DNA of 64,000 bases, from the sequence record OU509535.1. One strand, 5' to 3'. This document shows, piece by piece, positions 1 through 12,764 of this stretch. Below the pieces are notes generated by a model, which worked only from the letters and a program-made list of their open reading frames with translations, was not told where the DNA came from and did no database searches. The first letter of the stretch is position 1, and each line of letters opens with the position of its first letter. A program made the translations under genes and the position numbers.

Positions 1-43
1 AGAAATCGAAAAGGAAATCTTTGATAAGAGATATAACCCAGAC

Positions 44-370
44 GTGGAAGTAAAAACTTCAGATATTATCGAATATGTAAAAAACACCGATGAACAAAAT
101 GAAGTCCTGGATAATATTAAACAAGAACAACTTGAAGAAATTCCTGATGATGTAATTGTAATTAAACATACTGCTCCTAACAAAGAAGATTTGGATATCA
201 TCAAAGATGCCCTTCAACAAAAAGAACTCCGTACAATTGCAAAATATGTTAAACACCTGAAAGACACCGTTCCTTCTGCTATTATGTCTGCTGTTGATAG
301 TGTGACTATTAATGACCTAATTAATGCACGAATTGCAGAAGTAAAATCAGCAGAAGAAAAAACTAAATAA
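44..370 (+). CDS. hypothetical protein
   Basis: GTG-start ORF co-directional with the downstream genes; no recognisable motif. Confidence 0.6.
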   Translation: MEVKTSDIIEYVKNTDEQNEVLDNIKQEQLEEIPDDVIVIKHTAPNKEDLDIIKDALQQKELRTIAKYVKHLKDTVPSAIMSAVDSVTINDLINARIAEVKSAEEKTK

Positions 371-401
371 TCCTATAACGAACTTTGATTAAGGGTTTAA
401 T

Positions 402-977
402 ATGGCTCAACAACAAATCGCTTTACAACAAATCAGAACAGGTAAACAGCGTGATTTACCGGATGCGTTGGAAAAAGGACAACTAGGATTCAGTACTGAC
501 GTAGGTCGTATGTTCGTTGGTTTACCATCCTCATCTGATCCTGCAAGTTTAGTAGCAGGTCGTAATTGGGACAATGCACCAAATAGTGGGAAAGAAAATG
601 TAGAAATTATTACGGAGTTTACACCATGGCAGGTTGTTTCTAATATTGTAAACCGACCGTATGTATTCTCTGTACCGAAGGGTGGCAGTACGCAAATTTC
701 AATTCAAAGTGATAATAGAGTGTTTCTTGATTATATGGCATATAACGATACTTCCAGTATTCTGGAAAGTGGTAATGTACAAATGTTGTGTAATGATTCA
801 AAAACACTACTGGCACAATTTAATAATACAACTCAAGAAGAGGGTATCATTTCATTGACTTTCTCGGATGCAACATTCGATGAAAGTACTAAATTGATGG
901 TATTCACTATCACTAATAATGACACGGAAAGTGATTATAGTATAGAATTCGTATATAGAGGCTGGGATAAACCGTAA
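402..977 (+). CDS. putative virion structural protein
   Basis: N-terminal IRTGKQRDLP..LEKGQLGFSTDVGRMFVG resembles the 'IxxGxxxxLPxxLxxGELGxxxDxxxxxIG' motif of phage tail/fibre proteins; TAAATA at 365-370 upstream. Confidence 0.55.
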   Translation: MAQQQIALQQIRTGKQRDLPDALEKGQLGFSTDVGRMFVGLPSSSDPASLVAGRNWDNAPNSGKENVEIITEFTPWQVVSNIVNRPYVFSVPKGGSTQISIQSDNRVFLDYMAYNDTSSILESGNVQMLCNDSKTLLAQFNNTTQEEGIISLTFSDATFDESTKLMVFTITNNDTESDYSIEFVYRGWDKP

Positions 978-996
978 AAGGCTCCCAGCCTTTTTA
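977..996 (+). terminator. intrinsic terminator
   Basis: aaaggct-ccc-agccttt hairpin with T tract. Confidence 0.6.
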
Positions 997-1044
997 TCCC
1001 CTAAAATAATTAAAAACAATAAAAAAAACTTAAAAGGATGTAAA

Positions 1045-3360
1045 ATGATTAACGTTATTAAACGTGATGGATCAAAAGAACCACTCGACCTTGATAAAAT
1101 TCACCAGATTTTATTTTTTGCATGTGAAGGTATTTCTGGTGTGTCTGTGTCCGAAATTGAAATTCGTGCTAAATTGCAATTTCATGAAGGAATTAAAACT
1201 TCTGTAATTCATGATATCCTAATTAAAAGTTCATCAGAGCTTATTTCTGAAGATACTCCAAATTATCAATACGTAGCTGGTCGTCTTTTGAATTATAGTA
1301 TTCGTAAAGAAGTTTATGGTCAGTATGAACCAATTCCTTACGGAGAATATGTAAATAACATGGTTCAAAAAGGTATATACGATCCTATCATTCTGGAAAA
1401 ATATAATTCAGCAGAAATCGAAGAACTCGGGAAATGCATTAAACACAAACGTGATGATAAATTTACTTTTGTTGCAATGAGTCAATGGCAAGGTAAGTAT
1501 CTGTGTAAAAACCGTGTAACTAAAGAAATTTATGAAACACCACAAATGGCTTATATGACTATCGCTGCTACGATTTTCTCTGAATACAGTACTGAAATTC
1601 GTTTGTCATATGTTAAGAAGTTCTATGATGCTATTAGTACTTTTGATATTAGTTTACCAACTCCGATTATGTCCGGTCTTCGCACTAATACACGTCAGTT
1701 CTCAAGTTGTGTAGTACTGAATGTTGGCGATAGTCTTGATAGTATTGGTTCCAGTAATCATGCAATCCTGCGTTATATTTCACGTAAAGCAGGGCTTGGT
1801 GTTAATATGGGACGTATTCGTGCAATTGATTCTGCAATTCGTGATGGCGATGCAGTACATACTGGTGTAGTACCATTCTTATCTGCATTAGCAAAAACTG
1901 TCAAAAGCTGTTCCCAGGGAGGTGTAAGAGGCGGGGCAGCAACCGTACATTTTCCAATGTGGCATTTGGAATTTGAAAATATTGTAGTACTGAAAAATAA
2001 TAAAGGAACTGAATTTAACCGAGTAAGACAACTGGACTATTGCTTCCAAATCAATAAGACATTATATCAACGATTGATTGATGGAAAAGACATTACATTC
2101 TTTAGCCCACATGATGTTCCTGATCTATATGATGCATTTTGTGCTGATCAAGAAGAATTTGAACGTCTGTATATTAAGTATGAACTTGATGAAACTATTC
2201 GTAGGAAAACTATGCCAGCGATTGAAGCATTTAGTCATCTAATACAAGAGCGTGCAGAAACTGGCCGCGTTTATATTCAGAATATTGATAATGCCAATGA
2301 GCATGGTTCATTTATTCCAGAAATTGCACCAATTGAGCAAAGTAATTTGTGTCAGGAAATTGATTTACCATCTGTTCCATTTGAAGATATTAATAATGGT
2401 GAAGGTCTTATTAGCCTATGTACTTTGAGTGCTATTAACTGGGGTAATTTTGACAAACCCGAAGATATGGAAGAAGCGTGTGATTTGGCTGTCCGTGCCC
2501 TGGATGCTATTCTTGATTATCAGGATTATCCAGTACTACATGCTGAACGAGCTACAAAGCTCTACAGACCACTTGGTGTTGGTATTATGAGCCTAGCCTA
2601 TTTCCTGGCTAAACGTGGCTTAAAATACGATACAAACGCATTGAACACTATTAACGAATGGTCAGAAGCGTGGTCTTATTATTTGATTAAAGCATCCGTA
2701 AACCTTGCAAAAGAAAAAGGGCATTGTGATGGATTTAAGAATACTAAGTACTCACTGGGTTTATTCCCACATGACACTTATAAATCAGATTCATATATCA
2801 ATGAAATTGCACCATATGAATTAAAACAAGATTGGGATTCCCTACGTGAAGAAATGATGGTGTATGGTATTCGTAATGCTACATTACATGCAAATATGCC
2901 AGGAGAAACATCATCACAAATCAGTAATAGTACTGCTGGTATTGAAAAGATTCGTTCTCTTGTAACAGTAAAAACTTCTAAAGATGGTGTTCTTAAACAA
3001 GTTGTACCTGAAATTTCAAAATTAAAGAACAAATATGACCTACTATGGGAACAATCTGATAATATTGGTTATCTTCAGGTGTGCGGCGTTATGCAGAAAT
3101 ACATGGATCAAGGTATAAGTACTAATACGAGTTATAATCCTGAAAAGTTCCAAGATGGAAAAGTGCCAATGTCAGTACTGTTAACAGAACTTCTAATGGC
3201 TTATAAACTTAACACAAAACAACTATACTATCATAACGTGTTGGACAATGCTTCTGAAGTTGATATTGACAAATATATGGAAGAAAAAAATAAATTAACA
3301 AAAAATGATATTGTTTTGCCTGAGCTACCAGAAGATGATTGTGAGAGTTGTAAATTGTAA
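1045..3360 (+). CDS. nrdA: ribonucleotide reductase class Ia alpha subunit
   Basis: ATP-cone (VIKRDG), QFSSC, SNLCQEI, RNATLHANMPGETSSQI, LYY and C-terminal CxxC (CESCKL); uninterrupted. Confidence 0.98.
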   Translation: MINVIKRDGSKEPLDLDKIHQILFFACEGISGVSVSEIEIRAKLQFHEGIKTSVIHDILIKSSSELISEDTPNYQYVAGRLLNYSIRKEVYGQYEPIPYGEYVNNMVQKGIYDPIILEKYNSAEIEELGKCIKHKRDDKFTFVAMSQWQGKYLCKNRVTKEIYETPQMAYMTIAATIFSEYSTEIRLSYVKKFYDAISTFDISLPTPIMSGLRTNTRQFSSCVVLNVGDSLDSIGSSNHAILRYISRKAGLGVNMGRIRAIDSAIRDGDAVHTGVVPFLSALAKTVKSCSQGGVRGGAATVHFPMWHLEFENIVVLKNNKGTEFNRVRQLDYCFQINKTLYQRLIDGKDITFFSPHDVPDLYDAFCADQEEFERLYIKYELDETIRRKTMPAIEAFSHLIQERAETGRVYIQNIDNANEHGSFIPEIAPIEQSNLCQEIDLPSVPFEDINNGEGLISLCTLSAINWGNFDKPEDMEEACDLAVRALDAILDYQDYPVLHAERATKLYRPLGVGIMSLAYFLAKRGLKYDTNALNTINEWSEAWSYYLIKASVNLAKEKGHCDGFKNTKYSLGLFPHDTYKSDSYINEIAPYELKQDWDSLREEMMVYGIRNATLHANMPGETSSQISNSTAGIEKIRSLVTVKTSKDGVLKQVVPEISKLKNKYDLLWEQSDNIGYLQVCGVMQKYMDQGISTNTSYNPEKFQDGKVPMSVLLTELLMAYKLNTKQLYYHNVLDNASEVDIDKYMEEKNKLTKNDIVLPELPEDDCESCKL

Positions 3361-3510
3361 TATATTAATTACTAAAAACATCACAAATTAATATCAATAG
3401 TAAAAAGCTAAACACCATATAACGGTTTTTACTTTCGAATACAAATAATAATATAATAAATCCCACAATTAAGTGGGATTTTTATTCTATAAAACAAAGG
3501 AATGTAACAA

Positions 3511-4635
3511 ATGTCAGTGTTTCAAAAAAATACAAAATCACATTTAGAAAAGAATATGTTTTTTGATGAAGCGGTAGATATCCAACGCTTTGAAACTAAC
3601 AAGTATTCTACCATTGAGAAATTAACCGAACAACAAAAAGGATTTTTCTGGAGTCCCGGTGAAGTTGACGTAAATAAAGACAAAATTGATTTTACTAAAT
3701 TATCTGAAGCGGAAAAGCATATTTTCACTTCCAACCTCAAACGTCAGATACTACTTGATTCAGTACAGGGTCGTGGTCCAAACACGGTACTTCTACCACT
3801 GGCTTCGTTGCCGGAAGTAGAAAATTTTATTGAAACTTGGGCGTTCTTTGAAGGTGCAATTCATAGTAAATCATATACTCATATTATTCGTAACATCTAC
3901 ACCAATCCATCTGAAGTATTTGATACTATGCTTGATATTCCTGAAATTCTGGATTGTGCCGTTGACGTATCTAAGTACTATGATGATTTAGAAGAATACG
4001 GTACTTGGTATCGTATGCTTGGTGTTGGCACACATACTATCAATGGTAAAGAACTTGTTATTGACATGTATGAACTGAAAAAGAAACTGTGGTTGTGCTT
4101 AAATTCCATTAACGTATTGGAGGGTATACGATTTTATGTCTCATTCGCTGCATCCTTTGCATTTGGTGAAAATAAAATCATGGAAGGTAATGCCAAGATC
4201 ATTAGACTAATTGCGAGGGATGAGTCTCTCCATTTAGCAGCAACTCAAATGATTCTTCGTTTGTTGAAAAAAGAAGATCCAGACTTTGTTAAAATTTCTG
4301 AAGAATGCTATGATGAAGTCCAGAGTATGTTCCTGGATGCTATTAAGCAAGAAGAAGACTGGGCTGATTATCTATTTAAAGATGGTTCTATTATCGGTCT
4401 TAATGCTGAAATACTAAAACAGTATGTTCGCTGGATTGGATCTAAACGTATGGCAGCAGTTGGAATTAAGTGTCCATATGCTGTAACGAAAAATAGCCCA
4501 CTCCCATGGATGGAACATTGGATTAGTAGTGCGGGTGTGCAGGTTGCACCACAAGAAACTGAAATTAGTTCCTATGTAATTGGTGGTATCAAAGCCGATA
4601 TTACAGAAAACACGTTCAGTACATTTAAACTATAA
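3511..4635 (+). CDS. nrdB: ribonucleotide reductase class Ia beta subunit
   Basis: FFWSPGEVD, QILLDSVQGRGP, HSKSY, LEGIRFYVSFA, IARDESLH, VQVAPQETEISSY. Confidence 0.98.
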   Translation: MSVFQKNTKSHLEKNMFFDEAVDIQRFETNKYSTIEKLTEQQKGFFWSPGEVDVNKDKIDFTKLSEAEKHIFTSNLKRQILLDSVQGRGPNTVLLPLASLPEVENFIETWAFFEGAIHSKSYTHIIRNIYTNPSEVFDTMLDIPEILDCAVDVSKYYDDLEEYGTWYRMLGVGTHTINGKELVIDMYELKKKLWLCLNSINVLEGIRFYVSFAASFAFGENKIMEGNAKIIRLIARDESLHLAATQMILRLLKKEDPDFVKISEECYDEVQSMFLDAIKQEEDWADYLFKDGSIIGLNAEILKQYVRWIGSKRMAAVGIKCPYAVTKNSPLPWMEHWISSAGVQVAPQETEISSYVIGGIKADITENTFSTFKL

Positions 4636-4640
4636 AATAC

Positions 4641-4674
4641 AAAATTCAGTACTTAATCAGTACTGAATTTTTTT
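4641..4674 (+). terminator. intrinsic terminator after nrdB
   Basis: 13-bp hairpin aaaattcagtact/agtactgaatttt with T tract; both arms contain AGTACT. Confidence 0.75.
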
Positions 4675-4688
4675 ATAAGGTATAAATT

Positions 4689-4880
4689 ATGGATGAAATA
4701 AATCATATTACAAAAGATGTTTTTACTATTGATTACGGGGTTGAATACAAATTCGTAATGCAAGGTGGGTTTGAAATTTTAGGCACCGTTGTTGATGTGT
4801 TTGATAACGGGATTGAGCTATCAGATGGCACTCGACTGGTGCAGGAGCATATTCTTTTATTCAAAGCGATGAAACGATAA
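4689..4880 (+). CDS. hypothetical protein
   Basis: short ORF with upstream AAGG; no motif. Confidence 0.6.
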   Translation: MDEINHITKDVFTIDYGVEYKFVMQGGFEILGTVVDVFDNGIELSDGTRLVQEHILLFKAMKR

Positions 4881-4885
4881 AATTT

Positions 4886-4915
4886 TTGAACAGACACAAA
4901 TTCATGTGATATAAT
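4886..4915 (+). promoter_or_regulatory. sigma70-type early promoter
   Basis: TTGAAC-18-TATAAT with extended TGn. Confidence 0.7.
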
Positions 4916-4952
4916 AAACTTGATAAAACACCAACACTAAGGAAACAAACAA

Positions 4953-5195
4953 ATGAACGAACTAAACAAAGAAGCTCTAAATGAAATGGTAGAAAACAAC
5001 ATCGAAGCAGCACAAGAAGAAATTGGTTATGAATTGTCAGAAGAAGATCTGGCGAAATCTCGTGATATCATTGCTCAACTGACTAAGTACTACAACATCA
5101 AAGATCAGAAACAAGAACATAACAAAAAGATCAAAGCACAACGCCGAGCTAAAAATAAAGTACAACGTAATTCTCGTCGTATTAACCGAAAATAA
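4953..5195 (+). CDS. hypothetical protein, basic C-terminus
   Basis: ORF with AAGGA RBS. Confidence 0.75.
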   Translation: MNELNKEALNEMVENNIEAAQEEIGYELSEEDLAKSRDIIAQLTKYYNIKDQKQEHNKKIKAQRRAKNKVQRNSRRINRK

Positions 5196-5210
5196 AAAGA
5201 GGTACCCAAG

Positions 5211-6328
<1,118 letters not shown>

Positions 6329-6356
6329 TAAAAAAAGGAGGACTGTTGTCCTCCTT
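6329..6356. terminator. terminator between convergent genes
   Basis: aaggaggac-tgtt-gtcctcctt with an A tract on the left (T tract on - strand). Confidence 0.7.
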
Positions 6357-6999
6357 ATAGTTTATTTAATTCAGTACCAATAAACTGCATTTGATCTTTG
6401 ATTTTATTGACAAGTAATTCAACTTCGAATTTATTACAAGGTTTATCAACTGTAATCATTGTATATCCTACTATTTCATACCCTTTGGTGTCCAAAATAG
6501 GAATAGTGATAACAGTATCATATGTGACCCTTGTGCTTTTAACATAAGCACATGTGAAGTTTTTCGGATCATAATTTTGACTACATTCGTTGTTTGAAGT
6601 ATAGATATTTTCAAAATGTACTTTGTTTAAAAGTAATTCTTGAAAAGTATTATTTTTCTTGTCAATCAAATACATATAATTACTTATCTTTCTTTCTGGA
6701 TAACGGTTTTTAAATGCTATCCCTTCTTGTGATACTATTATTTTTGTATTTTTATCTTTGTTAAATTTATATACAACTATATATTGTACTGAATCATCAA
6801 GATTTATAATTTCTTGCATATTGGTATCAATCCTGTTGATATGATAACTATATGGAAAAGCATTCTCTTGAATATGCGGAACTATTTGATTAACCAAAAA
6901 ATCAGTTATTGTATCTTTATTGTAAATCATTAAAGAGAGTATAGTAACGAAAAACGCTATAATACAAAGCTTTGATAGACCATGTTTTGTGCTGAGCAT
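6355..6999 (-). CDS. T4 holin T-like membrane protein (N-terminal TM, GAF-like periplasmic domain)
   Basis: single N-terminal TM; YIVVYKF, VITIPILD..IVGYTMI pattern parallels the adjacent paralog and T4 gpT. Confidence 0.45.
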   Translation of the reverse strand: MLSTKHGLSKLCIIAFFVTILSLMIYNKDTITDFLVNQIVPHIQENAFPYSYHINRIDTNMQEIINLDDSVQYIVVYKFNKDKNTKIIVSQEGIAFKNRYPERKISNYMYLIDKKNNTFQELLLNKVHFENIYTSNNECSQNYDPKNFTCAYVKSTRVTYDTVITIPILDTKGYEIVGYTMITVDKPCNKFEVELLVNKIKDQMQFIGTELNKL

Positions 7000-7011
7000 A
7001 AGTTTACCTCC

Positions 7012-7734
7012 TTAATATTCCAAATAATAACCAACATCATTCGCAATATTTTGTGCTATGTTGTTGAATTGCTCAACTTCAGCTTCATCTTTAGGAACTC
7101 TTTTGAAATATACAGCAATATACCCAGTTATTGTTGCAAATTTAACAGGAGCAGAAACAAGATAAACATTTCCATCATTAACTAATGCAGGATAGTTAAT
7201 CTGAGATGTATATTCGTTTCGTGTCTCGTTACTATCTTTCAAATACTCTGTGTATATTTTTTTTATTTCAACATAATATATGTGATTATTCCATAATTTA
7301 TTAGTTTCTGCAAGAAATGAACTTAGTGGCAAGTTATCTAAATGGTAGACACTAATATCGTCTTTATTTGGTGGATTAACCTTATAGGTAACTAAAATAC
7401 GTCTTTCTGAAAATTGTGTATTTTCAGGAACATACTTATAAACTAATATCATAGATATATCATTTGGATAAGCATTGATTGCTTTAGTTAGCCCTTTATC
7501 AATAGTATCTTTATTTTCTTTCTTTATAGTATACTTCGTAGAATTTCCTAGTTCTTCATGTTTATTGGGATTGTTTAATGTATTATTGATATATAATGTC
7601 CAAGAATCTGCTGTACTATATATAATAAAACCAATAACCAAGCAAAAAAACACTGTAATTATTTTAGAAGTCTTCCATTTCGTGATCATATCAAGGAGTT
7701 TATTAATATTTTCACTATCAAAATTGATATTCAT
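7012..7734 (-). CDS. T4 holin T-like protein
   Basis: TM near N-terminus; MILVYKYVPEN ~ gpT FSAVYSFRPKN; YLVSAPV..ITGYIAVYF ~ YMYSCPY..YAGTITMYW (recalled alignment). Confidence 0.55.
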   Translation of the reverse strand: MNINFDSENINKLLDMITKWKTSKIITVFFCLVIGFIIYSTADSWTLYINNTLNNPNKHEELGNSTKYTIKKENKDTIDKGLTKAINAYPNDISMILVYKYVPENTQFSERRILVTYKVNPPNKDDISVYHLDNLPLSSFLAETNKLWNNHIYYVEIKKIYTEYLKDSNETRNEYTSQINYPALVNDGNVYLVSAPVKFATITGYIAVYFKRVPKDEAEVEQFNNIAQNIANDVGYYLEY

Positions 7735-7807
7735 ATCTCAATCCCCATGAGTAGACTATATAGAGTATTTACCCCAAAACTAATTTTACCATGAGATAAT
7801 TCTTAAT

Positions 7808-8164
7808 ATGATAATTTTATACTTTCTATGGATTAATATATTATTAGTACTGATAACTACAGGATTTAGTACTACTGCAATTGTTGTTTATATTTTAAGT
7901 TCAGTGTTTATTATTATGAGATCATTATCTATAATTTTCAGTACTGAATTAGCAAAAAAGAATAATGATTTTTATGTCTTTTTATCGGAACTTAAAGATG
8001 ATAATCCAAAATTAACTAAAAGTAACATCGTGTGTTCCAATTTAATACATTTGATACTAATATTTGTATTTTTGCATAGTTATATTGCATTGGGCTTTGT
8101 ATTATTTAATGTTATTATTAGACTTATCGAATCATATAAAATGGAGAAATTATTTAATGGCTAA
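7808..8164 (+). CDS. membrane protein
   Basis: several hydrophobic helices. Confidence 0.65.
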   Translation: MIILYFLWINILLVLITTGFSTTAIVVYILSSVFIIMRSLSIIFSTELAKKNNDFYVFLSELKDDNPKLTKSNIVCSNLIHLILIFVFLHSYIALGFVLFNVIIRLIESYKMEKLFNG

Positions 8165-8681
8165 AATTATTTTATGTACAGATAAAAATTACGGTATAGG
8201 ATATAAAAATACAATTCCGTGGCATAGCAGCGAAGATTTTAAACACTTCAAAGAAGAAACTTTGAATAAAACTGTTGTGATGGGATATAATACATGGAAA
8301 TCCCTACCAAATAAACCATTGTCAAAAAGACTTAATATTGTACTGGTTAATCGTGAATATGAAGACCGCGATATGTATGATCAAACAAACGTCTTATTTC
8401 TGGATGAAGATAATTTAGAAAGTATTATTCGTAATAATCCAGATTGCGTTATTATTGGTGGTGCATCAATTTATAAAATGAGTTTGCCTCATGTAGATGA
8501 AATCGTACATAGTATAATTCCCAAAGAATTTGTATGTGATTGCTTTTTTGACTTTACTATTGATAAACGTGTGATTATTGAACGCGAAAGTTGTAAAACA
8601 CTTGATGATGGTATTATGGTGGATTATTACAAATGTCAACCAAATCCAGATTATGATGATTATGTGGATTCATATCAATGA
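8157..8681 (+). CDS. frd: dihydrofolate reductase
   Basis: GIGYKNTIPWHSSEDFKHFK, VVMGYNTWKSLP, PLSKRLNIVL, IIGGASIY; ATG 8157 chosen. Confidence 0.95.
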   Translation: MAKIILCTDKNYGIGYKNTIPWHSSEDFKHFKEETLNKTVVMGYNTWKSLPNKPLSKRLNIVLVNREYEDRDMYDQTNVLFLDEDNLESIIRNNPDCVIIGGASIYKMSLPHVDEIVHSIIPKEFVCDCFFDFTIDKRVIIERESCKTLDDGIMVDYYKCQPNPDYDDYVDSYQ

Positions 8682-8824
8682 AGATAAAGTGAAGCTAAAA
8701 CCATTTGCACAAAGATTAAAAGATGCATAGACAGTGGTGATGCTTATTATAGACAAACTGCTGGAAAACATACTTACACTTACAAGTTAAGGAAAACTTA
8801 GTATCATATACTCAAGGAAGAATA

Positions 8825-10183
8825 ATGTCAATAAAAAAAGAAACTACAAAATTAAAACCCACCGCAGATCAGAAAGTTATACTTGATGATTTTTTGGATA
8901 GAGTTGATAATTATCCAGGTAGGACTGAAGCTGTTCTTTCTGCACCTGCTGGTACTGGTAAAACGTTCACCACTGCTGAAATTATTAAATTACTTTATAA
9001 AGATTATAATATTGCAGTAACTTCTCCTACACATAAAGCGAATTCTGTAATTCAAAATATGCTTATCAACCAAGCAGGGATTACAAAAGAAGATGCAAAG
9101 GTAAGTACTATTCATTCTTTTCTTGGGCTTAAATTGGTACAGGAAAAAAATCATCAAGTACTGAAGCACGATCCACATAGTAAATTATCAACAACCAATG
9201 TTGATGTTCTTATCGTGGACGAATGTTCTATGATTTCAGAAGAATTATATTTCCATATACAGAATCAATTACATCGTGTACGAAGGGCAGTGTTATACAT
9301 TGGCGATAAATGTCAGTTACCACCAGTAGAAGCTGAAGTTATTGGTAAAGAAAAATTATCCCCAACCTTTGATGTTTCAGTACAGTATACATTAACTGAA
9401 GTACTACGTCAGGCAATGGACAATCCAGTACTATCAGTCGCTACTGCTATCAGAGAATGCATCGGTACCAATAAAGATCCAATGCATATTATGGTCAATA
9501 ACACAAAAGGTCATGATACTATCACACCCATTGATGATGAAGATTTATTTCTGAATGTATATAAGGATTTTATTATTGAAAACAAAGGTAATAGTAATAA
9601 AATTTTTGATTTCGTGAATGAAAATAAAATCCTTGCATATACGAATATGAGAGTTAATATTGCAAACATGTATATCAGAAATCAATTATATGATGTACTT
9701 GATGAATTCGTAAAAGGGGAACCTATTGTATTTGAGAGTATTACCGAAAATAGTCCATATTCTGTTCAACAAATTATTCAGTGTCCAAGAGTGAGAAAAG
9801 AATCATTTATGGGTATTGATTGTTGGCAGTTTCAGTTACTTAATGGTAGTTTCATTTACGGAGTTGGTCCTTCATCACGTGCGGCAATGGAAGATCATTT
9901 ACAGGATATGGTAAGAAAGATTGAAAAGAAAGTTTTTAATCCATTGACAAAACGACCATATGTATGGCAGGATTATTATATCATTCGCAATAAAATGCAT
10001 ATCATTAATTACCCATACGCAACAACTGTCCACAAATCACAGGGTAGTACATTCGATAATATTTGGTTTGATACTGATTTCATTGAGAGAATCCCAAACA
10101 ATGATATGAAATGTCGAATTCTTTATACTGCAATGACACGTCCCAGATATAGTGTAATGTTAAGACAGAATGATTACTATTAA
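8825..10183 (+). CDS. dda: Dda-like SF1 DNA helicase
   Basis: APAGTGKT, TIHSFL, IVDECSM, IGDKCQLPPV, LTEVLRQ, YATTVHKSQGSTF, LYTAMTR. Confidence 0.9.
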   Translation: MSIKKETTKLKPTADQKVILDDFLDRVDNYPGRTEAVLSAPAGTGKTFTTAEIIKLLYKDYNIAVTSPTHKANSVIQNMLINQAGITKEDAKVSTIHSFLGLKLVQEKNHQVLKHDPHSKLSTTNVDVLIVDECSMISEELYFHIQNQLHRVRRAVLYIGDKCQLPPVEAEVIGKEKLSPTFDVSVQYTLTEVLRQAMDNPVLSVATAIRECIGTNKDPMHIMVNNTKGHDTITPIDDEDLFLNVYKDFIIENKGNSNKIFDFVNENKILAYTNMRVNIANMYIRNQLYDVLDEFVKGEPIVFESITENSPYSVQQIIQCPRVRKESFMGIDCWQFQLLNGSFIYGVGPSSRAAMEDHLQDMVRKIEKKVFNPLTKRPYVWQDYYIIRNKMHIINYPYATTVHKSQGSTFDNIWFDTDFIERIPNNDMKCRILYTAMTRPRYSVMLRQNDYY

Positions 10184-10222
10184 AATAAATAACAAAAAGA
10201 ACTCTATGTTTTGGAGAACAAG

Positions 10223-10783
10223 ATGAACAACCAAATGCATGTTTTTAAAATTACAGTACCAGGTAAAGTACTGGATGATAAACTATATTATCAATATACC
10301 GATTTCGAAGATGTAGTAGGTGATGCTACTAAACCACCAAGTGATGCACAAACTGTTGAGAAAAGTAAGGCGTATGTTCGTATGCGTTATTTCAATATTC
10401 AACTGGCATCTCTAATGATTCCTGTGTATGCTACATTTGAACCAACTACTGCTGGTACTTGTGCTGTTATTCCAGATACACCAGTACTGCACATTGGATA
10501 CGTAAGTTATGAACCGTTCCTTAGTACTCTAAGTGATGCCGCACGTGCAGCCTTGGATACTGAAGACAAACGCACCGCTGCCGCAGCAAGTGTTATTGAA
10601 CAACTTCTAATCGACGCCCTGGCTAAAGATCTGGTTGGTGAACAAGTACAAGTTCAAAAAACCACCAATCGCACTACAAGTCCACTAACAACCACTGAGG
10701 TTGATTATCGTGAAATCAGTATCGTGGAACTTGATGTTCCAGGAAGTGAAGTATTAGTTACTGTAGAATATGTAAAATTATAA
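10223..10783 (+). CDS. hypothetical protein, possibly virion
   Basis: GGAGA RBS before ATG 10223; TAAATA upstream. Confidence 0.7.
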   Translation: MNNQMHVFKITVPGKVLDDKLYYQYTDFEDVVGDATKPPSDAQTVEKSKAYVRMRYFNIQLASLMIPVYATFEPTTAGTCAVIPDTPVLHIGYVSYEPFLSTLSDAARAALDTEDKRTAAAASVIEQLLIDALAKDLVGEQVQVQKTTNRTTSPLTTTEVDYREISIVELDVPGSEVLVTVEYVKL

Positions 10784-10804
10784 TTTTTCAATTGGAGTCT
10801 TGAC

Positions 10805-10993
10805 ATGCAGGATAAAAAATTCTATGATCGCATTATTGAAGATGAACAATTCTTTGATAAAGTAATCTATGATATTGAGCATTTTATTGAAAATGCTCCA
10901 ACGGTGAAAGCACGTCAACTAGGCTATGCAGTAAAACAAGGCTTAGTTGAAATCAAAAAAATTGCATCATACTATTCTGATGCTAAAAAATAA
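10805..10993 (+). CDS. hypothetical protein
   Basis: GGAG RBS. Confidence 0.7.
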   Translation: MQDKKFYDRIIEDEQFFDKVIYDIEHFIENAPTVKARQLGYAVKQGLVEIKKIASYYSDAKK

Positions 10994-11061
10994 TGCTTTA
11001 CTAATGTTTTAAAATAACATATAATACAATCTTACCAATAAAAAACGGAGTAGTATAATAC

Positions 11062-11571
11062 ATGAAAGAAATTATTGCCAATGACAAAATTATTGCTAAA
11101 ACTGTTCGTTTAGTAATGGACGGTTCTAGTGAAGTAATGGCAATTGCTAAAGCACGTCAGGAAGCCGATAATTTGGGTCTTGATATTGTGGTTGTAAATA
11201 ATGGGGATGTACCTGTAGTTAAAATTGTAGACCTTAACAAATACAAATACGAACTCAAACAATCAGAAAAAGCATCTCTGAAAAAACAGCGTCAGAATGT
11301 TATCAGTACTAAGGAGATTCAATTCACTTTCGGTACTCAGGATAATGATTTGATCGTTAAGGCTAAATCTGCTACTAAGTTTTTATCAGAAGGTAAAAAT
11401 GTATTAATTGTTATGAAAACCGTTGGTCGTGGAAATACACCTCAATTAGTTAAACAAAATATTGATGCGATGAATGCTTTTGTGAAACGTCTTGGTGAAG
11501 TAGACTTTATCCAAAAAGTCGAATATCAGGGCAAAAAAGTAACATGCACTGTCAAAAGTACTGTAAAATAA
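11062..11571 (+). CDS. infC: translation initiation factor IF-3
   Basis: IANDKI..VRLV, GLDIVVV..PVVKIVDLNKYKYE, KEIQF, DLIVK..ATKFLSEGKNV; both IF3 domains present. Confidence 0.92.
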   Translation: MKEIIANDKIIAKTVRLVMDGSSEVMAIAKARQEADNLGLDIVVVNNGDVPVVKIVDLNKYKYELKQSEKASLKKQRQNVISTKEIQFTFGTQDNDLIVKAKSATKFLSEGKNVLIVMKTVGRGNTPQLVKQNIDAMNAFVKRLGEVDFIQKVEYQGKKVTCTVKSTVK

Positions 11572-12126
<555 letters not shown>

Positions 12127-12130
12127 TAAT

Positions 12131-12752
<622 letters not shown>

Positions 12753-12764
12753 GGAGTAAATCCA

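Noticed and set aside
1045-4635. Introns or inteins in nrdA/nrdB, or a homing-endonuclease relic between them
   Set aside because: Both ORFs are continuous and of normal length; the 150-nt spacer holds only a hairpin and AT-rich sequence.
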